Shown piece by piece: positions 20,613 through 30,082 of a DNA stretch of 64,000 nucleotides. The notes below the pieces were generated by a model. That model was not told the DNA's origin. It saw only the letters and a list, made by a program, of their open reading frames with translations, and did not search any database. A program made the position numbers and the translations under genes. The stretch's first letter is position 1. Every line of letters starts with the position of its first letter. Source of the DNA: Phycisphaerales bacterium (GTDB lineage Bacteria; Planctomycetota; Phycisphaerae; WQYP01); contig DAIDJN010000042.1 in the NCBI GenBank assembly GCA_027451365.1, forward strand, positions 1 through 64,000. Reading direction: 5' to 3'.

Positions 20613-20734
20613 CCTCTGCCCGGACGCTTCGCATAATATGACGCAATCCGTTATTATTCTGCCGCTGAACAGCGCGGATTCAGGCCGTCCAAGCACGGTT
20701 TGCGCTTACGCCGCGCGATAAACAGGAAGCAGCC

Positions 20735-21808
20735 ATGGGTCTGGTACGTGACAATATTCTTGCTATGACCGGCTATGTGCCCGGTGAACAGCCACTGGAT
20801 ACGCAGGTTATTAAACTTAACACCAATGAAAATCCTTTTCCGCCTTCGCCGCGCGCAATGGAGGCGATCGCGGAGGTTACGCCCGAACAGTTGCGGCGCT
20901 ATCCAAGTCCGGACGCGATGGCCTTCCGGCAGGCGGCGGCGCGGGTACACGGCATTTCACCGGATATGATTCTGGCCACCAACGGCGGCGACGAACTTCT
21001 GGCCATGGTATTTCGGGCCTGCGTGGGGGAAGGGCAGAATGTGGCCTGGCTTGACCCAAGCTATTCCCTTTACCCGGTGCTGGCGCGGATGCAGGCTGCC
21101 CGGCAGATCGTTCTGCCCTATAATATTTCCGGCACCAGGTGGGAACTGCCGGATGCCATATTCGGACTGGACGCGAAATTGCTTCTGATTGTGAATCCCA
21201 ACGCTCCATCCGGAACATTTATAGATATGGATACACTTTCACGAATTATTTCGGGCTTTTCCGGACTGGTTCTGGTGGACGAAGCGTACGTGAATTTTGC
21301 GCCGCACAGCGCCTTGCAGTTGGTGGGCAAATTTCCGAATCTGGTGCTTTTGCGGTCTATGTCCAAGGGGTATTGCCTGGCAGGCTTGCGTTTCGGCTAT
21401 GCCATCGGACAGCCGGATATTCTGCAACAATTGCACAAGGTACGCGACAGTTACCCGTGCGACGCCTTGGCCATCGCCGCGGCCACCGCCGCCATTGAAG
21501 ACCAAGCCTACGCCCGCGGCACCTGGGAACGCGTGAAAACCGAAAGGCAGTGGCTGACATCGCAGCTTGCGGCCATCGGCTATACCATGCCCGAAAGTCA
21601 TGCGAATTTTGTGCTGGCGCGCGTGCCCGTCGGTACAGATGCCCGCGGGATTTATGAACAGCTTAAGGCGCGGAATATTCTGGTGCGTTATTTTGCGCTT
21701 CCCCGTCTTACGGATAAACTGCGTATCACGATCGGTTCACCGGACCAGAACCGGGCACTCGTGGCGGCATTGCAGCCGATACCGGCACCGCCGGCGACGA
21801 ACCACTGA
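20735..21808 (+). CDS. hisC: Histidinol-phosphate aminotransferase
   Basis: KLNTNENP, NPNAPSG, VDEAY and the PLP-lysine motif RSMSKGYCLAGLRFG. Confidence 0.93.
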   Translation: MGLVRDNILAMTGYVPGEQPLDTQVIKLNTNENPFPPSPRAMEAIAEVTPEQLRRYPSPDAMAFRQAAARVHGISPDMILATNGGDELLAMVFRACVGEGQNVAWLDPSYSLYPVLARMQAARQIVLPYNISGTRWELPDAIFGLDAKLLLIVNPNAPSGTFIDMDTLSRIISGFSGLVLVDEAYVNFAPHSALQLVGKFPNLVLLRSMSKGYCLAGLRFGYAIGQPDILQQLHKVRDSYPCDALAIAAATAAIEDQAYARGTWERVKTERQWLTSQLAAIGYTMPESHANFVLARVPVGTDARGIYEQLKARNILVRYFALPRLTDKLRITIGSPDQNRALVAALQPIPAPPATNH

Positions 21809-21908
21809 ATCTGTCCCTGAACGCGGGATCAATGACGGGAACCGCATGCCTGCGGAAAATTCAAAGGCGGCGGATGAACTTAACCAGACCGGCAATGCGG
21901 AGCAGAAT

Positions 21909-22529
21909 ATGACGACCCAATCTTCAAACCAACCACCCGTCCAACAGCGGCAGACGAAGGTGACGCGAAAAACCAAAGAAACAGATATTTCCATGGAATT
22001 GAACCTCGATGGCGCCGGCCGCGCGGATATTCAGACCGGCGTCGGTTTTTTTGACCACATGCTGGACCACTTTGCCCGCCACAGCATGTGCGACCTGACG
22101 ATTTCCGCCAAAGGCGATCTGCATATCGACGCCCACCACACAGTAGAAGATGTCTCCCTGGTATTGGGCACCGCCCTTCGGGAGGCGCTGGGCGACAAAC
22201 GCGGCATTAACCGCTACGGCTGGGCCAGCGTACCCATGGAAGATTCACTGGCCAACGTGGCGCTGGATTTTTCCGGCCGGCCCGCTTTCGTGTTCAACGT
22301 ACGATTTCCAACGCCCAAAATCGGTGAATTTGATGTCGAACTGGTTCCCGAAGCACTGCGTTCACTGGCCAATACCGCGGGAATGAATCTGCACGTCAAC
22401 GTGCCATACGGTGCCAACAGCCATCACATTGCCGAAGGCATCTATAAGGCGTTGGCCAAGGCGGTGCGACAGGCGGCGGCGATTGATCCGCGCAATACCG
22501 GCATACCCAGTACCAAAGGTGTCCTGTAA
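21909..22529 (+). CDS. hisB: Imidazoleglycerol-phosphate dehydratase
   Basis: Motifs RKTKETDI, GFFDHML, DAHHTVED, NSHHIAE and PSTKGVL. Start approximate. Confidence 0.96.
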   Translation: MTTQSSNQPPVQQRQTKVTRKTKETDISMELNLDGAGRADIQTGVGFFDHMLDHFARHSMCDLTISAKGDLHIDAHHTVEDVSLVLGTALREALGDKRGINRYGWASVPMEDSLANVALDFSGRPAFVFNVRFPTPKIGEFDVELVPEALRSLANTAGMNLHVNVPYGANSHHIAEGIYKALAKAVRQAAAIDPRNTGIPSTKGVL

Positions 22530-22623
22530 TAACCGTGCGGTCGGCCCAGTTGGCGGGAACCGTGGGGCAATCCCACCGCCTGACCGCCCCAGCCGGACGC
22601 TTCTGCGAACGCACTTTAATTGC

Positions 22624-23970
22624 TCACGCCGTCTGTGTAACCGACGCATTGGTGGCGGGCGATTCAATCGTTGTCGTTACCGCCTTTGGCCGCAGAACCG
22701 CCAGCAGCGCCAGGCACCCGGCACCCAGCACTGCGAACGCCAACATGCCATGGGCATAGGCCGCCGCTTTTTCCGCCTTGCTCTGCGAACGCACAATTTC
22801 ACCCCAGATAGGTGGCAAAACAAATCCGCCCAAGGCCCCCAGTCCCCCCACGCAGCCGGCTGCGCCGCTAACGGCTTCGGGAATTATATTCGGCAATAAT
22901 TTGAATACCGCGGCATTATTCAGTCCCATACCCAGCATGATCAATGATATGCCTGCGAAACTGTTCTGAAATGACAGAGAACAGCCTGCCACCAGCGCTC
23001 CCAAGACAATCAGGGACAAAGCCACCAGTCCTACCACGCGGCCACCCGATTTATCCGCCCACGTTCCGCCAAAAACGCGGACAAGCGAAGAAGCCAGACT
23101 AAGGCCACCGGCAATTCGCGCGGCGGTGGGAATTGGCTTTCCGAAAGCGGCATGCCAGTAATTTGGCAGCCAGACGGTCAGGGCCAGGAAGCCGCCAAAG
23201 CTTGTGAAATACAGCATGACCAATCCCCATGTTTCCCAGCGCGCTGCCGCCAATTGAAGCGATCTGACCGCCTTTCCAGTGGGCAGCAATTCTGCGCCGT
23301 GCTCCTGTGCGATGGTCGCGGACTGTTGCTCCGTCCGTCCAGCTTTGCGCAATTGGAAATACCAGGCGTTTCTGGCCAGTATTGCATACATGCCAGTTCC
23401 CGCTATCAGCATTGCCAGCCAGATCAGATACACTGTGCCCAGCGCAAAATGGGCGAGTGCCAGCGGCATTAACAGAACAAACAATCCCGGTGCCAGATTT
23501 CCAAAACCGGCATACGCCCCCAGCGCCCAGCCCTGCCGCTTTTTGGGAAACCAGAACGCAACCTGACTTATGCCCGGTGAAAAAGTGGCGATTCCGCATC
23601 CACTTAATAACCCCAGAAATAGCAGCCACGGATACAACCCCGGCGTGATATGCTTCGGGTAATACGCATGGGCGGTAAGAAAGACACCCAGCACACCCAA
23701 AATAGCCAGCCCCAGCAAAATTAAAATCGGCTTACGGCCGCCATTGCGATCCACCCATGCGGAAAAGGGAATACGCAGGAAAGACCCCGACAGAAGCGGC
23801 ATGGCCATTAGCAGACCAAGCGTGGCGGCATTCAGGTGCATGGGGCCTTTGAATTTAAGCGCTGTGACGTTGAACAGACTCACAGATGCGAATCCGACAA
23901 AAAAGCCGAGGGTCGCGCCGCAAAGCGTCCGCGTGGCGGTGCCTTTAAGCATTGATACATTGATGGTCAT
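22624..23970 (-). CDS. narK: MFS nitrate/nitrite transporter (NarK/NNP family)
   Basis: About 12 TM helices with LRIPF, FWFPKKRQGWALG, GFGNL, YFTSFGGF, RVFGGTWADKSGG and GGLGALGGF. Confidence 0.85.
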   Translation of the reverse strand: MTINVSMLKGTATRTLCGATLGFFVGFASVSLFNVTALKFKGPMHLNAATLGLLMAMPLLSGSFLRIPFSAWVDRNGGRKPILILLGLAILGVLGVFLTAHAYYPKHITPGLYPWLLFLGLLSGCGIATFSPGISQVAFWFPKKRQGWALGAYAGFGNLAPGLFVLLMPLALAHFALGTVYLIWLAMLIAGTGMYAILARNAWYFQLRKAGRTEQQSATIAQEHGAELLPTGKAVRSLQLAAARWETWGLVMLYFTSFGGFLALTVWLPNYWHAAFGKPIPTAARIAGGLSLASSLVRVFGGTWADKSGGRVVGLVALSLIVLGALVAGCSLSFQNSFAGISLIMLGMGLNNAAVFKLLPNIIPEAVSGAAGCVGGLGALGGFVLPPIWGEIVRSQSKAEKAAAYAHGMLAFAVLGAGCLALLAVLRPKAVTTTIESPATNASVTQTA

Positions 23971-24045
23971 GACATAACTCCATATTTTCCGGCGCTGCCG
24001 CCACAGTTGAACACCTTGCTGGCCAGGCTCTGGCTCCGAGAACGG

Positions 24046-24061
24046 TGCAATTGTCGTGCCG
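24046..24061 (-). promoter_or_regulatory. Sigma54 (-24/-12) promoter upstream of narK
   Basis: The minus strand reads CGGCACGACAATTGCA (GG-N10-GC), about 75 nt upstream of the ATG. Confidence 0.7.
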
Positions 24062-24171
24062 TTGGACAGGTCGGAACCCCTTGCTTTGAATTACCCGTCG
24101 CGTTTCGGGCCTCACAATGCCCGTTTCTTAAGAAGGCGACCCAGCAGACCTCCATCCGCCCGGTCAACAGG

Positions 24172-25644
24172 CTAAAATTTCAACTGGAACTGGACTTCGC
24201 CGTAAATATCCTGGGTATTGGCAACCGAACCGACATTATTTGTCAGCGCTGCCTCATTGGGAATGTAATTGATTGCGGACTGAATTTTGGCATTTTCTCC
24301 AAACAGATAATAGTTCAAGCCAAGTGTATATTCCTCCATTTCATTGGGCAGACCATCCGTAAACAGTTGTCCCACGCGGGCCGCCATCTCCAGCTTATGC
24401 GGCAGCAGAAAACAGCCGGTCTGAACGTAGTAGCCATATTGCGCCACACTGGTGGTCGGCAGGCCGGGAATGACATCCGCGCCGCTGTTGATCTGCTGAT
24501 AAAACACCGCCGGAAAAAAGGACCAGCCGCGATACTTGGAACGAAAGTCCAACGTGGCCCGGTAAACATTTCCGTTAAGTGTGTAAGGAGAAGCCAGAAA
24601 ACCGGTGGACTGGGTGGAAAGGCCGGCGATTTTAGTGGAAGACTGGCCGCCGGGGAATGCCGTTGCCGAACTGTTCTGCGATTCATATCCAAGGCCAACG
24701 CCCAAGGCCCAAACCAGCTTTTTATGCCATTGCAGGTCCGGCTCATCCAGAAAGTCGGTCGGCTTGCCGGAACCGAAAAATTGTTCACGCGTATAAAAGC
24801 CCATCCGATTGTCGCGTCCCGTTCCGGCAAGAGGAGAAGTGGAATCCACAAGGTTCTGAGAATTGCCGCCGTTGTCTATCATCAGGCTATATGTGAATTT
24901 CCCCTTGCCGATGACGCCATAGACATCGGCGCCAAGACCATAGCCGGGTAGAAAAGGCAGCGAACTGGTGGCAAAGTCGGGAAATTCAGATCCGCCGTAA
25001 TTGGCCATGGTTTTAATGGGCGCAAAGGGAACAATCATGGATCCTGCCCGCACATTCAGCCACGGGGCAAAACTGTAACCGGCCCAGGCGTCGATCAATT
25101 GAAATGTTCCGGTGGCGGCCGTGTTAAAAGAACTGGTGCTGCCGAAATTTCCACCGAATTTGAACAGGACATGTTGAAAAAGTGTTCCACTGGCCCAAAG
25201 CATGGCGTTGGGCAGGCCGAAGCCGTTCATATCGCCGCTGTAATGCGTGCCCAGCGCGGTACCCGCGTCGCCGATGGTGTTTTCCACATGGGCATAGGTA
25301 TAACGGGCCTGCAGAAGGCCATTGAATACAAGGTTGAAATCTTTGCCGCTTTTCAGATAGAAGCCTTGGTCATATCCGGCGCTGATCCGATTCATTGTCT
25401 GGCTTTGGCGGCGCGATTCGGCGAGGGTTTCATCCACAATTTTGCGGATTGCGGCGGTCTGCCGGGATTTAATCCGTACCACTTTGGCGTTCAAGGCACT
25501 GATCTGCTTTTGCAGATTCGCAAGCTGAGTCGTGACCGACTCATCTCCAGCTAAAGCTGGGCCGGCGGCACCGACGATAAGCACGGCCGCGGCTGTGGAA
25601 ATAAGAAGCCCAAATGGATTCTGCCGATCGGAATTTTGAAACAT
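24172..25644 (-). CDS. Outer-membrane porin (OprO/OprP-like planctomycete type)
   Basis: Signal peptide, N-terminal coiled coil, AGYDQGFYL, amphipathic beta strands and C-terminal QFQLKF. Confidence 0.8.
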   Translation of the reverse strand: MFQNSDRQNPFGLLISTAAAVLIVGAAGPALAGDESVTTQLANLQKQISALNAKVVRIKSRQTAAIRKIVDETLAESRRQSQTMNRISAGYDQGFYLKSGKDFNLVFNGLLQARYTYAHVENTIGDAGTALGTHYSGDMNGFGLPNAMLWASGTLFQHVLFKFGGNFGSTSSFNTAATGTFQLIDAWAGYSFAPWLNVRAGSMIVPFAPIKTMANYGGSEFPDFATSSLPFLPGYGLGADVYGVIGKGKFTYSLMIDNGGNSQNLVDSTSPLAGTGRDNRMGFYTREQFFGSGKPTDFLDEPDLQWHKKLVWALGVGLGYESQNSSATAFPGGQSSTKIAGLSTQSTGFLASPYTLNGNVYRATLDFRSKYRGWSFFPAVFYQQINSGADVIPGLPTTSVAQYGYYVQTGCFLLPHKLEMAARVGQLFTDGLPNEMEEYTLGLNYYLFGENAKIQSAINYIPNEAALTNNVGSVANTQDIYGEVQFQLKF

Positions 25645-25777
25645 CGCACACATCCTTCCCGTGGCCGGTGGCCTGGCCACCGGCAAATCCTCGCTTTTTG
25701 GATCGGCAAACCAATTGCCGCATCGCACCAGTGAATAACATTTCCAACCGCCGCCGATATTCTGATGGCATTTAATG

Positions 25778-25794
25778 TATGAAGCAAATTCATA
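25778..25794. promoter_or_regulatory. Dyad TATGAA-N5-TTCATA (T-N11-A, LysR-type box) in an AT-rich divergent promoter region
   Basis: The inverted repeat is read directly. The LysR assignment is inference. Confidence 0.4.
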
Positions 25795-26026
25795 TAATAG
25801 ATTTATATTATTAGTTTATATCATGTATAATGAACAGGATTCGGGCAGTCTTAGCGGGTTGAACCGCGGCTTGCACAGTTGATAACCGCTTGGGCCGCGT
25901 TCGGGGTACCGGCTTTCCGGTTAAGCCAATTTTCGGAACAATATTGACATTTTTAAGGCAGCCTATTAGCGTAACGGGTCCGGCCTTTGAATGTGAAGAA
26001 TTGTTTTCAATTTTGGAGTTGGATTC

Positions 26027-27430
26027 ATGGCGACGCTTGGCGTAATTGTTGGGAATCGAGGCTTTTTTCCTGCACACCTGTGCGAATCGGGGCGCAAAAC
26101 AATCCTTCAGATTCTGGCGGATGAAAAAATAGATGTCGTGGCCATGCCGGTGGACCAGACCAAATTCGGTGCCATTGAAAGTCATGCCGACGCCCGCAAA
26201 TGCGCTGAACTTTTCAAACAGCATGCCGGCAAGATTGACGGAATTCTGGTAACGCTTCCCAACTTTGGCGACGAACGCGCCGTGGCCAACACCATCCGCT
26301 GGTCCGGCTTGAATGTGCCGGTGCTGGTTCACGCATTTCAGGATGATGGCGAAAAAATGACCATCAAGGACCGGCGCGACAGCTTCTGCGGAAAAATGTC
26401 CGTCTGCAATAACCTTAAGCAGTATGGCATTAAATATTCACTGACCAGCCTGCATACCATGAAACCGGAGTCAGAGGAATTTCGAACGGACCTGCGGCGT
26501 TTTGCCGCCACCTGCAGTGTGGTCAACAAATTGCGCAATTGCCGCCTGGGTGCCATTGGCGCGCGACCCGGTGCGTTTAACACGGTGCGTTACAGCGAAA
26601 AACTGCTGGAACGCGCGGGCATTACGGTGGAAACCCTGGACCTTTCCGAAGTGCTGGGCTGGACCGCCAAAATGACCGACCAGGAACCCGCCGTAAAGGC
26701 GAAACTTGCTGCCATTCAGAGTTATACAAACACTGGTTCAATTCCACAGTTGCCTATTATCAAAATGGCCAAGCTGGGCGTGGCAATTGATCGCTGGGTC
26801 GCAGATAACGGATTGGTGGCCACGGCCATTCAATGCTGGACTTCGCTGGAGGAATTCTACGGCGTGGTTCCCTGCACCATCATGAGCATGATGTCCAATT
26901 CCCTTATGCCCAGTGGCTGTGAAACTGACATTGCCGGTGTGGTGGGCATGTATGCGCTTACCCTGGCCTCCGGCCGGCCGGCGGCACTCCTGGATTGGAA
27001 TAACAACTACGGATCAGATCCCAACAAGGGCGTTGTGTTTCATTGTTCCAATCTGCCTAAAGATTTCTTCAGCAGCCAGAAAATGGACTACCAGGAAATT
27101 ATCGCTGGAACTGTGGGCAAGGAAAATACCTTCGGAACCATTGTAGGCCGTGTGGCTCCCGGACCGTTTACCTATTGTCGCGTTTCCACCAACGATCTGG
27201 AAGGCCGTATAGCCGCGTATTTTGGTGAAGGTGAATTCACCGACGACAAACTCGACACATTCGGCGGCTACGGCGTCATTAAAGTGCCAAATTTCCAGAA
27301 GTTGCTGCATCATATCTGTGAACGTGGTTTTGAACATCATGTCGCCGCCACAAAGGCTCCCGTGGCTGCAATCCTGAAGGACGCTTTGGGAAATTACCTT
27401 GGATGGGATACTTACCTCCATTGCGGATAA
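26027..27430 (+). CDS. L-fucose/L-arabinose isomerase family protein (FucI-like), probable L-arabinose isomerase
   Basis: Motifs NFGDE, RRDSFCGK, IQCWT, CETD, FHCSN and GFEHHVA; directly upstream of araB-araD. Confidence 0.8.
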   Translation: MATLGVIVGNRGFFPAHLCESGRKTILQILADEKIDVVAMPVDQTKFGAIESHADARKCAELFKQHAGKIDGILVTLPNFGDERAVANTIRWSGLNVPVLVHAFQDDGEKMTIKDRRDSFCGKMSVCNNLKQYGIKYSLTSLHTMKPESEEFRTDLRRFAATCSVVNKLRNCRLGAIGARPGAFNTVRYSEKLLERAGITVETLDLSEVLGWTAKMTDQEPAVKAKLAAIQSYTNTGSIPQLPIIKMAKLGVAIDRWVADNGLVATAIQCWTSLEEFYGVVPCTIMSMMSNSLMPSGCETDIAGVVGMYALTLASGRPAALLDWNNNYGSDPNKGVVFHCSNLPKDFFSSQKMDYQEIIAGTVGKENTFGTIVGRVAPGPFTYCRVSTNDLEGRIAAYFGEGEFTDDKLDTFGGYGVIKVPNFQKLLHHICERGFEHHVAATKAPVAAILKDALGNYLGWDTYLHCG

Positions 27431-27474
27431 ATCGATTTTGCACAAGATTCTTTCGTTAATTCCGGAGGCTTTTA

Positions 27475-29163
27475 ATGGCCGGTAAATGTGTCATCGGGCT
27501 GGATTTTGGAACCAATTCCGTTCGCGCTCTGCTGGTGGATGTGAAACGGGGGACCGAGTTGGCCATGAGTGTATGGAATTACGCCCATGGCGATCATGGC
27601 GTGATTCTGGATCCCCGTCAGCCGAATCTGGCCCGCCAGCATCCGCAGGATTACTTGACAGGCATTGAAAAGACTGTCCGCGCAGTGTTGCGCCAGGCGG
27701 CAGGAATTCGCGGCTTCAGGCCGACCGATGTCATCGGCATCGGCGTGGACACCACCGGTTCAACCCCTCTGCCCGTGGATGCCATGGGCGAACCGCTCGC
27801 CTTTAATAAGGCTTTCGCCAAAGATCCCGCGGCCCTCGCCTGGCTGTGGAAAGATCACACCAGCCACGTTGAAGCGGCGGAAATTACCGCCGCGGGAGGA
27901 CAGTTGCGGCCGCAGTATCTGGCCAAATGTGGCGGCCGATATTCGTCGGAATGGTTCTGGGCCAAAATCCTTCGATGTGCTCGCGGCAATCCGAAAGTAT
28001 TTGACGCCGCCCATACCTGGGTTGAAATTGCGGATTGGATACCCGCGCATCTTGCCGGCAACACGCATCCCTCCAGACTGCGGCGCGGCGTTTGCGCCGC
28101 TGGCCACAAGGCATTCTTTAATCCGAATTGGGGCGGTTATGGCGATCCGGATTTTTTCCGTTCATTGGATGAACGGCTGGTCCGGATTTGGCAGAGTCTG
28201 CCCGCAAAAACATACAACAACGCCGATTCCGCGGGGCAGCTTAGTCCGGCCTGGGCAGTGCGACTGGGCCTGCCGGCGGGAATTACCATCGGCATCGGCG
28301 CCTTTGACTGTCATTATGGCGCAATTGGCGCCGGAATAACCGCCAACACGCTGGTTAAAATTATTGGCACCTCCACCTGCGATATTATGGTGGCCCCCAT
28401 GAATCGCGATCTGCCGGATATTCCCGGTTTGTGCGGCATTGTGCCGGAATCTGTGTTGCCCGAATTTTTTGGTTTAGAGGCGGGCCAATCCGCCGTCGGT
28501 GATATTTTCAATTGGTTTGTCAATGGCCTCCAGCCAGGCGGAGCAAAAAAAGGTTCTTATGCCGCTCTTACCGCTGGCGCTCAAAAGCTCAAGCCCGGCG
28601 AAAGCGGACTGCTTTCGCTGGACTGGCACAATGGCAACCGGACGATTCTGGTGGATCAGCGGCTTACCGGACTGACACTGGGGCTTACACTGCATTCCAC
28701 ACCGGCCGAAATATATCGAAGCCTGATTGAATCCACCGCGTTTGGCGCGCGGGCTATTATGGAACGCTTTGAAGAATTCGGCGTGAAGGTGGATCGCGTA
28801 GTCAATTGCGGCGGCATTGCAGCTAAAAATCCGCTGGTCATGCAGATTTATGCCGACATCATGGGCCGACCGGTCGCCATTTCCCGCAGCACACAAACCT
28901 GTGCCCTTGGCGCGGCGATTGGCGCGGCGGTCGCCGCTGGAAAAGAAAAAGGCGGGCACGCGCATTTTGCCGGTGCGGTGAAGGCCATGACCGCCGATCA
29001 GAAAAAGGTATTCAAGCCTTCCACGGCGAATATGGAACTCTATAACCGACTTTATGCCCTTTACCGGAAAATGCATGATGCCTTTGGAATCAGCGGCCAT
29101 GCGGCGGACCTTTCCGGTGTGATGAAAGACCTGCTGAATATTCGCGATGAGGTTAGAAAATAA
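27475..29163 (+). CDS. araB: Ribulokinase
   Basis: Motifs IGLDFGTNSVR, LWKDH, YSSEWFWAK, GTSTCD, LEAGQSAVGD and LDWHNGNRT. Confidence 0.93.
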   Translation: MAGKCVIGLDFGTNSVRALLVDVKRGTELAMSVWNYAHGDHGVILDPRQPNLARQHPQDYLTGIEKTVRAVLRQAAGIRGFRPTDVIGIGVDTTGSTPLPVDAMGEPLAFNKAFAKDPAALAWLWKDHTSHVEAAEITAAGGQLRPQYLAKCGGRYSSEWFWAKILRCARGNPKVFDAAHTWVEIADWIPAHLAGNTHPSRLRRGVCAAGHKAFFNPNWGGYGDPDFFRSLDERLVRIWQSLPAKTYNNADSAGQLSPAWAVRLGLPAGITIGIGAFDCHYGAIGAGITANTLVKIIGTSTCDIMVAPMNRDLPDIPGLCGIVPESVLPEFFGLEAGQSAVGDIFNWFVNGLQPGGAKKGSYAALTAGAQKLKPGESGLLSLDWHNGNRTILVDQRLTGLTLGLTLHSTPAEIYRSLIESTAFGARAIMERFEEFGVKVDRVVNCGGIAAKNPLVMQIYADIMGRPVAISRSTQTCALGAAIGAAVAAGKEKGGHAHFAGAVKAMTADQKKVFKPSTANMELYNRLYALYRKMHDAFGISGHAADLSGVMKDLLNIRDEVRK

Positions 29164-29867
29164 TGGCCTATGATCAACTCAAGGCGGATGTCTGCCGCGT
29201 GAATCAGGAACTGGTGGCCGCGGGCCTGGTGGTGTTGACCTGGGGCAACGCCAGCGGAGCGGACCGTGCGTCGGGCGTCATGGCTATTAAGCCCAGTGGT
29301 GTTCCATACGACCGGCTTACGCCAGGTGATATTGTTGTGCTTTCTCTGGAGACCGGAAAACAGATTGACGGCCGCGGACGACCTTCATCTGATACAGCTA
29401 CACATCTTCATTTATACCGCCATTTTCCGGCGGCCAACGGCATCGTGCATACCCATTCCGATTATGCCACCAGCTTTGCGCAGGCCGGCGCGGACATTCC
29501 ATGTCTGGGCACCACCCATGCGGACAATTTTCATGGCACCATTCCATGCACGCGGGATCTGACCGGGCCGGAAATTCAAACAGAATATGAGCTTAATACC
29601 GGTCGGGTGATTGTCGAATGCTTCCAGACTCGCAAGATTGACCCGGCCAATGTGCCGGGAGTGGTGGTGAAAAGCCACGCCCCGTTTACCTGGGGTTCAA
29701 CACCCGCCAAGGCGCTGGAAAATGCGATTGTGCTGGAATTCGCCGCCAAAATGTGCCTTCAGACCCATGCGATCCTTCCGGGTGTTTCGCCCATCGGCGG
29801 CACTCTGCTGGATAAGCACTTTTTCCGCAAACATGGCCCCACGGCGACCTACGGCCAGACCAAATAA
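29163..29867 (+). CDS. araD: L-ribulose-5-phosphate 4-epimerase
   Basis: Motifs TWGNAS, IKPSGV, PSSDTATH, HTHS, GTTHAD and KHG..ATYGQ. The start overlaps the araB stop (TAATG). Confidence 0.95.
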   Translation: MAYDQLKADVCRVNQELVAAGLVVLTWGNASGADRASGVMAIKPSGVPYDRLTPGDIVVLSLETGKQIDGRGRPSSDTATHLHLYRHFPAANGIVHTHSDYATSFAQAGADIPCLGTTHADNFHGTIPCTRDLTGPEIQTEYELNTGRVIVECFQTRKIDPANVPGVVVKSHAPFTWGSTPAKALENAIVLEFAAKMCLQTHAILPGVSPIGGTLLDKHFFRKHGPTATYGQTK

Positions 29868-30082
29868 CCCGCGATGCCTCGGCAAATAACCGACGGCCCC
29901 CAATGCGCCAGCCAACTGATCGCACAAGAAGGCAACGCGGCCTTATCCCGGCCTGACCTGCCGATTTATTAGTCGATTTCACCCTGTTTCTGACCCGCCA
30001 TGAAAAATATGGTATTCTGGACTGGGGCGGAATTGGCCAACAGGCCCGGATTTTCTCCTCCATTATTGCCGGGGGTTAAACC

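Noticed and set aside
23971..24045. ANTAR (NasR/NasT) dual-hairpin motif in the narK leader
   Set aside because: Candidate loops do not fit the hexaloop A1/G4 pattern, and no terminator follows.
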